From assembly GCA_950072105.1 (NCBI GenBank), contig CATMOE010000075.1:1-14461 (forward strand): DNA of 14,461 nucleotides, given 5' to 3'. The translations under genes and the position numbers were made by a program. This DNA is from an uncultured Dehalococcoidia bacterium (GTDB taxonomy: Bacteria; Chloroflexota; Dehalococcoidia; Lucifugimonadales; UBA3495). Below, piece after piece: positions 7,908 to 14,461 of this stretch. Position 1 is the first letter of the stretch, and each line of letters begins with the position of its first letter. The notes under the pieces were generated by a model, which saw nothing but the letters and a program-made list of their open reading frames with translations, was not told the DNA's origin and did not search any database.

Positions 7908-8144
7908 TCAACTGCCTACGGCCACGCAGGTAACCGTCCGGACCACACCGTCGACGGTGTGGATGTTGTCGGTTACCACGTTGCCAACCACCGTCATGTC
8001 CGCGCCGGTGACCACGGTAATGATGTCGTAGGGGCCGGTCACCACGTCGACGGATTCGATGTGTTCCAGACTCCGCAGGGTGTTGGCCACATCCCTGGTC
8101 TTGCCTACGGCGGTTTCCACTAGGAGATACGCTCTGGTCGTCAT
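7908..8144 (-). CDS. Stand-alone Lrp/AsnC ligand-binding (RAM) domain protein
   Basis: 78 aa with AYLLVET, VTGPYDII and GVVRTVT. No HTH domain. Confidence 0.9.
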   Translation of the reverse strand: MTTRAYLLVETAVGKTRDVANTLRSLEHIESVDVVTGPYDIITVVTGADMTVVGNVVTDNIHTVDGVVRTVTCVAVGS

Positions 8145-8215
8145 TTTTACTTCTCCCCCCTGTCTCCTTTGGAGACCGACATACAGATTTTTAGTACGGT
8201 TACTGGGCTGGAATC

Positions 8216-8244
8216 ATTTTACGGGTGGCTCCTGTAGCTGTCAA
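8216..8244 (-). promoter_or_regulatory. Sigma70-type promoter for the Lrp/AsnC gene
   Basis: Minus strand reads TTGACA, 17-nt spacer, TAAAAT. Confidence 0.7.
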
Positions 8245-8273
8245 TTGAGTCTCGTTCCGTGAATGATTCGCGT

Positions 8274-8282
8274 TGGTATAAT
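8274..8282 (+). promoter_or_regulatory. Extended -10 promoter for rsmG
   Basis: TGgTATAAT ends 8 nt before ATG 8291. Confidence 0.6.
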
Positions 8283-8290
8283 CTTGAGCG

Positions 8291-9016
8291 ATGTCACAGC
8301 GAATGGAAATCTTGAGCGAAGGCGCCAAGGAACTGGGTATACGGCTGACTTCGCTCCAACTCGACCAATTTGAGACCTATTTTGGGGAGTTGGCCGATTG
8401 GAACCAGCGGATGAACCTGACGTCGGTGGTGGGGTATGTGGAGGTTCAAGTAAAGCACTTTCTAGACTCCTTAACGGTGGTCCTAGCGTTCCCCGGGGGA
8501 CTAGGGGGCTTGGAAAGTGTCATCGATGTTGGCGCCGGCCCGGGGTTCCCCGGATTGCCCCTGAAATTAGTCTACCCAGATTTGAGGCTTGCTCTGGTGG
8601 AGTCGGTAGGCAAGAAAACGGACTTTTTGAAGCACCTGGTGTCTACGCTGGGATTATCTGGAGTGGAGGTACATACCGGGCGAGCCGAGCGCTTGGCCCA
8701 CCAACCTGAGCTACGAGAGGCTTTCGACCTGGTGGTGACCAGAGCGTTGGCCAGGCTTCCGGTGCTGGCGGAATACACACTCCCCTTCTGTGTTACAGGC
8801 GGAGTGATGGTGGCCTTGAAACACGGCGGAATCGACGCGGAGCTGGCCGGCGCGGCCCATGCCCTGGAGGCGCTGGGAGGACGAATGAGGAAGGTGACAC
8901 CAGTGGAGGTCACCGGTTTGACCGACAACCGGATCTTGGTGGTAGTGGATAAGATCGGCAGCACGCCCGAGCGATTCCCTAGGCGTCCCGGAATCCCGGC
9001 CAAGCGGCCTTTGTAG
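8291..9016 (+). CDS. rsmG: 16S rRNA (guanine527-N7)-methyltransferase
   Basis: WNQRMNLTS, KHFLDSL, IDVGAGPGFPGLPL, RAE and FPRRPGIP motifs. Confidence 0.97.
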   Translation: MSQRMEILSEGAKELGIRLTSLQLDQFETYFGELADWNQRMNLTSVVGYVEVQVKHFLDSLTVVLAFPGGLGGLESVIDVGAGPGFPGLPLKLVYPDLRLALVESVGKKTDFLKHLVSTLGLSGVEVHTGRAERLAHQPELREAFDLVVTRALARLPVLAEYTLPFCVTGGVMVALKHGGIDAELAGAAHALEALGGRMRKVTPVEVTGLTDNRILVVVDKIGSTPERFPRRPGIPAKRPL

Positions 9017-9030
9017 TTGGTATGCGGGAG

Positions 9031-9420
9031 CTAACCGGGGTCTAACTTGCGGAATTCGCCGGTTTCCTGAACATCAACCGGGTACCCCTCGATCATGGGA
9101 GGTATCTGACCCATCAGTTCATCGGACTTCTTTATAACGAACACCCTGATGCAGGGTTCGCCGTCGCATAAGCCCTGGGCTGTCCCCACCACGCCGGACA
9201 TGGTCATAAGGCTATCGGTGTACTCTTGGAGTATCTCTTCAAGGCTTTTGTTCGGCATCGACGGATCTTCCTGTCCAATTTCGGCCTGTTCGCGGCTACA
9301 GGACACCATTGTAGCGGCGAACCAAAGGAAAAGGAGCAAACCCAAGATGGCCGGAACACGGGACTTTTCCGCGAAACTTCTTTTATGCCTGGGTGGAGAG
9401 CCTTCCTGGGTCGCCGCCAT
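9031..9420 (-). CDS. Putative lipoprotein homologous to the prodomain of the adjacent protease (start uncertain: 9420 or 9453)
   Basis: Basic N-region, hydrophobic stretch, then MVS|C lipobox-like site. The domain reads GVVGTAQGL..CIRVFV..IP..IEGYPVDVQETGEF. Confidence 0.75.
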   Translation of the reverse strand: MAATQEGSPPRHKRSFAEKSRVPAILGLLLFLWFAATMVSCSREQAEIGQEDPSMPNKSLEEILQEYTDSLMTMSGVVGTAQGLCDGEPCIRVFVIKKSDELMGQIPPMIEGYPVDVQETGEFRKLDPG

Positions 9421-9464
9421 GTCAGATGAGGACCTTCTTATGCAAGCTGTCACGGCGTCCGCTC

Positions 9465-9500
9465 AGAAAAGAGAGGGGGCCACCCATCGGCGGCCCCCTC
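9465..9500 (-). terminator. Rho-independent terminator downstream of the protease gene
   Basis: Minus strand reads GAGGGGGCCGCC-GATG-GGTGGCCCCCTC-TCTTTTCT. Confidence 0.8.
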
Positions 9501-9521
9501 ATACCAACCTAGATCAACCGC

Positions 9522-11060
9522 CTATCTGGCAAAGGTGTCGGGATTGTCCGCATCCAAGGCCGTATTCCAGACGAGGGTGGCGTGAGTCAGGCCGGTGACC
9601 TGCGCCTCGTAAAGGCCCATGGGTGCCCCGCCGACCAGAGAGAACTTGATACTACCGTTGCTGCCGGTATCCCCACCGAAGTTGGAATAGCAGGTGTCGA
9701 TACTACAGTCGTCGATCTGATTGTTGCCGCTGGAATCGTGGGTGAGCGTGGCATTGACGTGGGCTGCCGCTACCGGGCTATCGGCGCCTGTCAGAGCGCC
9801 ATCACCGTCGGAGTCTTGCCGGATTTTGATAATAAACTGCAAGTTCTTCTTTTTGGAACTCCAGGAGATGTCGTACACTCCCATATCCCCTGTGCTTGGC
9901 GGGGGAGTAGAGGTCGGCGTCGGCGTAGCCGTGGGATCTGGTGTCGGCGTAGGTGTCGCGTCGGGGTCCGGCGTAGCCGTCGGGACCGGTGTAGCCGTCG
10001 GGTCTAGTGTAGGGGTCGGAGAGGGAGCGGATCCTTCGCCATCGATCATGACGCCGAACTCTTCGAGCACCAGGTCGATGCGATTAGCGATCGCCATCTT
10101 GCCGGTCGATGTCCCAGCAAATAGGAGGCCGACCGGTTTCCGGTCGTCGGCCCCACCTTCGACCACTAGCAGCGAGCCGGAGTCGCCTCCTTGAAGGTAC
10201 CTGGGCTTTCGAGACTCAACGATGATTTGATCTACGAACCTTGCCGTGTCGGAATCATAGCCGATATTAAGCGTGGCGTTGATGCCGGTGATTATTCCAT
10301 TGGTGGTCAATCCGGTGGTGCGTCCGTATTTCTGGACTTTCTGGTTTAAGGTTGCCGATACGATTTCCGACTTGGGAGTCCCATAGCCGTCGGACGGTGT
10401 GGCGTTACCCAAATCGCCGAGAGACGAAAGAGCGATCGCCGCGTCTATCTTGTTGTTGGCCAAGATGGGAAAAACGATGTCTTTGAAAGCGAAGAGCGTT
10501 CCGATGGTGTCTGCCGGAACACTGGCACCGTCGTAGGTTCCCGGTTGAATCACCTCGTCTCCGATATACGCCAGGTTCTCGTTGGCATATACGTGGTTAT
10601 TAGTCAGGGCGTAGATCGTCCCGTTGCTATCTTTAACTCTGCTTCCGAAAGTGCCGGCAGTGATGGCAGGGTGGCCGGTTGAAACTCCAATGGGTACCGG
10701 CCTGTCCCACCGGTCCGTGGTGCTCTGGGTGCTTGGAATCAGAACGGGAGCCGAGACGCGGCCAAGAGCATTGATCGGACCGGTAACTTGCGCCACTATC
10801 TTGACGCCATCCTGCTCCTTGGGAATCCCCCCTACCCCTGACTTGGCGGTGAACACCCTTACTATCGCATTGCCCTCAGAGTCGAGCCCAACGGCGGTTC
10901 CAACAACATCCTTGTTGGAAAGTACCTTTTGGTTGACCTTTTCCTGAGCTCGCTTGGCGTTCTCTACGCCGTTCCCGTTGCCGCCTAACGCCGGAGACGC
11001 TGCCAGCGCCAGGAGCATTACCGCGACGACGATGGAAACCAACGACAATTTTTTCTTCAA
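9522..11060 (-). CDS. Secreted trypsin-like (S1, Nal1-like) serine protease: signal peptide, prodomain, catalytic domain, Pro/Thr linker, C-terminal beta-rich domain
   Basis: GGGAG RBS 8 nt before TTG 11060 gives the signal peptide MKKKLSLVSIVVAVMLLALAASPALG. Catalytic triad motifs are TNNHV, IDAAIA and GGDSGS. Confidence 0.87.
   Translation of the reverse strand: MKKKLSLVSIVVAVMLLALAASPALGGNGNGVENAKRAQEKVNQKVLSNKDVVGTAVGLDSEGNAIVRVFTAKSGVGGIPKEQDGVKIVAQVTGPINALGRVSAPVLIPSTQSTTDRWDRPVPIGVSTGHPAITAGTFGSRVKDSNGTIYALTNNHVYANENLAYIGDEVIQPGTYDGASVPADTIGTLFAFKDIVFPILANNKIDAAIALSSLGDLGNATPSDGYGTPKSEIVSATLNQKVQKYGRTTGLTTNGIITGINATLNIGYDSDTARFVDQIIVESRKPRYLQGGDSGSLLVVEGGADDRKPVGLLFAGTSTGKMAIANRIDLVLEEFGVMIDGEGSAPSPTPTLDPTATPVPTATPDPDATPTPTPDPTATPTPTSTPPPSTGDMGVYDISWSSKKKNLQFIIKIRQDSDGDGALTGADSPVAAAHVNATLTHDSSGNNQIDDCSIDTCYSNFGGDTGSNGSIKFSLVGGAPMGLYEAQVTGLTHATLVWNTALDADNPDTFAR
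9898..10030 (-). repeat. Low-complexity Pro/Thr/Asp linker coding repeat
   Basis: Encodes APSPTPTLDPTATPVPTATPDPDATPTPTPDPTATPTPTSTPPP. Confidence 0.9.
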
Positions 11061-11259
11061 CTGCTCAACTCCCGAATGCCAGGTAAGGAGATAGCCACTC
11101 ATCCAGACTAACAAGAAGGGTGTATTTGAAGTCAATTACTCTGAACGCCCGGCTGGGTCCATTTTAGCGGTCAAACCGGACCGCGGTTGTGGACTAGATG
11201 GACCCTTACGGTTCCCCGGCCTTCGCCTTTGGTCCCGTTAGTTCCAACCCCACTTGGAA

Positions 11260-11288
11260 ATGCTAGCAACGGCTCTGGGCCGAGTCAA
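11260..11288 (-). promoter_or_regulatory. Sigma70-type promoter for the protease, implying a ~190-nt leader
   Basis: Minus strand reads TTGACT, 17-nt spacer, TAGCAT, with a TG extension. Confidence 0.55.
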
Positions 11289-11462
11289 TAGTATTAACCC
11301 TCGTTCGTCTGCGAGAGTGCACTAGATCGACCGGAACCGAAGGACCGCAGTGCCAGGGATTGCGCCGCCCGGCCAGCGTTTGTATGATGGACCGGCCTCC
11401 CAAGGTGGCCACCGGGCGGATTGCAGCTTCCGTGGCGTATTCCGCGATCTGGAGACGTGTCA

Positions 11463-12404
11463 ATGTCAATAATGGTTACCGGCGGTACCGGATTCATCGG
11501 CCAACGTATCGTGCGAAAATTGGTGGAGCGAGGCGAAGAAGTGGTTTGCTTCGACTTAGCTCCGCCCAGAGCCAACATGGAACCATTGCTTGACCGGATA
11601 AAGGTGTACCGGGGGGACATGTTGCAGGTGCCTCACCTGCTGGAAGCGATAAATACCCACCAGGTGCACAAGATAATCCACATGGCCGCTCTGCTGCCGC
11701 CGGACACTGAAGACCGCCCTCATTTTGGTATGCAGGTCAATATCCAGGGCACCAACAATGTGTTCGAAGTGGCTCGCTGGACGGGAATACAACGGGTTGT
11801 CTACGCCAGTTCCATCGCGGTATATGGGGTGCAAGAAACCTTTGGGGACCGGCCGGTAAACGAGGACGATCTGGCGGCTCCGGTAAACGTGTACGGAATG
11901 ACCAAGGCGGCCAACGACTTTGCGGCGGGGAAGTACATCGACCGGTACGGTTCCGATCTGGTGGGAGTGCGCATCTGCACCGTGTTCGGCCATGGCCGGG
12001 TGACGGGAATGACCGGCGTCATCGGGGGTCTCATGATGTCCCTGCCCGCCGTGGGCCAGCCTGTTAGCATGCCCTATCACCAAGACGAACCGTCTCCCAT
12101 GATTCACGCCGAGGACGCCGCCGAGATATTCGTGAGAGCCGCGCTCAGCGAAGGGCTGAACCACCGGATCTATATCAGCGGCGGACATCTGGCCACCATC
12201 CGTGACATGGCGGACACGGTGCGTAGTTTCATACCCGATGCCCAGATAACCACCGGCGATCAGGCCGTGCCCCACATCTACATGGTGGACAATAGCCGCA
12301 TGCTGGCGGACATAGGCTACGAGATGGCGCCGCTACGGGTGAGGGTGCTGGAGCACATAAACGACGCTCGACGCGAGGCCGGTATGGACTTGCTCAGCGG
12401 GTGA
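11463..12404 (+). CDS. NAD-dependent epimerase/dehydratase (extended SDR)
   Basis: GGAG RBS before ATG 11463. Motifs TGGTGFIG, ASSIAVYG and YGMTK. Confidence 0.93.
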   Translation: MSIMVTGGTGFIGQRIVRKLVERGEEVVCFDLAPPRANMEPLLDRIKVYRGDMLQVPHLLEAINTHQVHKIIHMAALLPPDTEDRPHFGMQVNIQGTNNVFEVARWTGIQRVVYASSIAVYGVQETFGDRPVNEDDLAAPVNVYGMTKAANDFAAGKYIDRYGSDLVGVRICTVFGHGRVTGMTGVIGGLMMSLPAVGQPVSMPYHQDEPSPMIHAEDAAEIFVRAALSEGLNHRIYISGGHLATIRDMADTVRSFIPDAQITTGDQAVPHIYMVDNSRMLADIGYEMAPLRVRVLEHINDARREAGMDLLSG

Positions 12405-12492
12405 CGTGGTGGCATTGGCGGCGGAACCCAGGTAGTGCCTGGTACTGAATGCCTATATAATGCAGAGAGCAACGGTCCTATAGGGGGTAACT

Positions 12493-13434
12493 ATGAGTGT
12501 TGCCATCGGGTACGTCCCCGGCGCCTTCGGTCAAGGCGGCGACGACCCTGGATATCTACGCCATCTGGTGGAGTTGGGAGACAGCTTCGGCTACGACTCC
12601 ATCTGGTTGAGTGATCGAATCGTCAGCGACCGGTTCAGTCTGGAGCCCATGGTGGCTCTGTCGATGATTGCCGGCTACTCCGACCGGCTGAAATTCGGCA
12701 CCAGCGTGCTGGCCCTCCCGCTGCGCAACCCGGTGGTATTGGCCAAACAGATCGCCACGTTGGATTACCTGTCCCAAGGGCGTTTTTTCCCAGCCGTGGG
12801 CTTGGGTCAGGAGGAGCCGGAGGAGTACGAAGCTTGTGGCGTTGGGAAGGAAGACCGGGGGCCGCGCACTGATGAAGCCATAATGCTGATGCGCCGCCTG
12901 TGGGAGGAAGATAACGTCACCCACGAAGGGACTTTCTTTTCCTGCCATAACGTAAGCATCACTCCGAAACCCTTCCTGAAACCGTCAACACCCGTCTGGA
13001 TCGGGGGCCGCAGCCATGCAGCCGCCCGCCGCGTAGGCCGGGTTGGAGATGGCTGGCTGGTTTCCAGCGCCACGCCCAAGGAGATACAGGAAGGCCGGGA
13101 TATCCTTTTCAGCACCGCCGCGGAATTTGGGCGGGAGATTGAGGACGACCACGTTGGCGTGCTTCTGGGCTACTACATCGCCCCGGACGCTGAAGTGGCG
13201 GCGGCTACAGCCCACGATTACATCACCCGCCACCGGCCCGATGCTCATTTCACCGAGTACAGCGCCCTGGGTCCGGCGGAACAGATCGTTCAAACGATCC
13301 AGGAGTACATCGACGCCGGGGCCCAGAAATTCGTGGTGCGGCCTTTATGTCCGGCTGAAGAAACTATCGAGCAGCTAGAGATTATGGGCCGGGAGATTCT
13401 GCCCCGGTTTCTCAAGAAACCGGTTGCGCATTAG
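12493..13434 (+). CDS. LLM class flavin/F420-dependent oxidoreductase
   Basis: DSIWLSD, LPLRNPVVLAKQIATLDYLSQGR, PVWIGG and GDGW motifs. TATAAT at 12456-12461. Confidence 0.93.
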   Translation: MSVAIGYVPGAFGQGGDDPGYLRHLVELGDSFGYDSIWLSDRIVSDRFSLEPMVALSMIAGYSDRLKFGTSVLALPLRNPVVLAKQIATLDYLSQGRFFPAVGLGQEEPEEYEACGVGKEDRGPRTDEAIMLMRRLWEEDNVTHEGTFFSCHNVSITPKPFLKPSTPVWIGGRSHAAARRVGRVGDGWLVSSATPKEIQEGRDILFSTAAEFGREIEDDHVGVLLGYYIAPDAEVAAATAHDYITRHRPDAHFTEYSALGPAEQIVQTIQEYIDAGAQKFVVRPLCPAEETIEQLEIMGREILPRFLKKPVAH

Positions 13435-13913
13435 ATAGCAGCTAACGAGAGCCGAATCACGTTCAGGATGACGGCTCCGAAAATGCCCGCAAGCAGATCG
13501 TCGGCCATGATTCCAAGTCCGCCGTGGAGCCGCTCCAGCCGCCGGATCGGCCAAGGTTTCCAGATGTCCAGGATCCGGAAGCAGATGAATGCCGCAGCCA
13601 GCCACGGCAGGGTCTTGGGGAGCAGTACGCAGGTGGCCCACATTCCGATGAATTCATCCCAGACGGCCTGCTTTGGGTCCGGGTTGTCGGCGGTGGACAT
13701 TTTCCCCGTGGCCCAGATCCCCAGCAGGAATCCGGCGGCGATGAGAACAAACAGCGCTGGGTCATCGCCGGTCAGGGGCGACCACCAGTAGATCGCCAAT
13801 GCCAGCAAACTGCCTGCCGTCGCCGGCGCCACCGGAAACAAGCCCGAGCCTAAACCGGCGCCTATAACCCAGGCCAAGCGAGCCGCCGGGGCCTCTATGA
13901 AGCGATTAATCAT
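13431..13913 (-). CDS. pgpA: Phosphatidylglycerophosphatase A
   Basis: APATAGS, DPKQAVWDEFIG, FRILDIWKPWPI and GGLGIMADD motifs. 4-nt tail-to-tail overlap with the LLM gene. Confidence 0.95.
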   Translation of the reverse strand: MINRFIEAPAARLAWVIGAGLGSGLFPVAPATAGSLLALAIYWWSPLTGDDPALFVLIAAGFLLGIWATGKMSTADNPDPKQAVWDEFIGMWATCVLLPKTLPWLAAAFICFRILDIWKPWPIRRLERLHGGLGIMADDLLAGIFGAVILNVIRLSLAAI

Positions 13914-14041
13914 TCATGTCAAAGAGATACACTCATAAATTTTCTTGTTTGGTATGCAACGGAGCCATTGCTAGCGCATCGCGGATATCCTAAGAGGCTA
14001 GCAGCGGCAGAACTACCGGTCAATCCGATTTGGTGAGCCGC

Positions 14042-14070
14042 TTGCGTGGACCGGCGTTGGTAACTATGCT
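14042..14070 (+). promoter_or_regulatory. Possible promoter for rpiB
   Basis: TTGCGT, 17-nt spacer, TATGCT. Confidence 0.4.
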
Positions 14071-14114
14071 GGGAAAGGTTTAGCATCAACAATTTCCCTA
14101 GAGAGGAGCGGGCA

Positions 14115-14351
14115 ATGCGAATCGCCGTCGCCGGGGACCACGCCGGATTCGAGCTGAAAGCAATACTAATACCTTGGCTCTGGTCGGCGGGACACGAAGT
14201 AGAGGATTTGGGCGCCCACAGCCTTGATCCGGAAGACGACTATCCCGACTTCGCTTTCATGGTGGCTGATAGCGTTCGGTCTAAAAGGGCCGAACGAGGT
14301 GTTGTTGTATGCGGTAGCGGGGTCGGTGCTTCGGTTGCCGCCAACAAAGTG
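14115..14351 (+). CDS. rpiB: Ribose-5-phosphate isomerase B (RpiB/LacAB family), N-terminal 79 codons only; missing from the ORF track
   Basis: AGGAG RBS. MRIAVAGDHAGFELK...DDYPDFA...CGSGVGASVAANKV; family resemblance stops after codon 79. Confidence 0.9.
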
Positions 14352-14461
14352 GCTTGGCGCTCTTTGAGAGCCTCAATTTCTGACTCACGAACGGATGGGT
14401 TCCCGTCCTTTAATGCTTCCAGACGCTTGAGCTCGCGTTGCAGTGTCTCACTGCTTTTTTT
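14352..14461 (-). other. rapA: Fragment resembling the C-terminus of RNA polymerase-associated protein RapA (HepA)
   Basis: Minus strand reads KKSSETLQRELKRLEALKDGNPSVRESEIEALKERQ, similar to the recalled RapA C-terminal pattern ELxRLEALxxVNPxxRxxE. Confidence 0.6.

Noticed and set aside
6696..8123. 475-aa ORF on the + strand
   Set aside because: Antisense shadow of the acyl-CoA dehydrogenase and Lrp genes, with no recognisable motifs. Such ORFs are common in GC-rich DNA.
8280..8319. 12-bp direct repeat AATCTTGAGCGA around the rsmG start
   Set aside because: Only two copies, one in coding sequence. Could be chance, and nothing supports an operator or target-site duplication.
9898..10030. 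Repeated GTAGCCGTCGGG units as a possible CRISPR or tandem array
   Set aside because: The units are in-frame codons for the Pro/Thr linker, with no spacers and no cas genes.
11061..11135. N-terminal extension MTSNTPFLLVW... of the protease
   Set aside because: TTG 11060 has an RBS and gives a normal signal peptide.
11143..11240. Firm call of a c-di-GMP-I or c-di-AMP riboswitch
   Set aside because: Only partial motif resemblance and the core consensus elements were not found. Kept only as a candidate structured leader.

Overview
GC-rich bacterial chromosomal window. Gene content (two LLM oxidoreductases, two acyl-CoA dehydrogenases, NIPSNAP, MDMPI-like, Lrp/AsnC, GAAC-N4-GTTC LexA boxes) suggests Chloroflexota, probably Dehalococcoidia/SAR202; this is an inference. 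About 17 genes are present, with no CRISPR, rRNA or tRNA. Main findings not shown by the ORF track: (1) a probable selenoprotein at 3521-3835 with an in-frame TGA and SECIS-like hairpin, behind a HIT-YqeK pair; (2) a small Cys4 + HTH gene under three LexA boxes at a consensus promoter; (3) a secreted trypsin-like protease with a long structured leader, followed by a lipoprotein that resembles a stand-alone copy of its prodomain; (4) a CTG-initiated MDMPI-family gene; (5) a chimeric right end where rpiB is joined to a RapA-like fragment.
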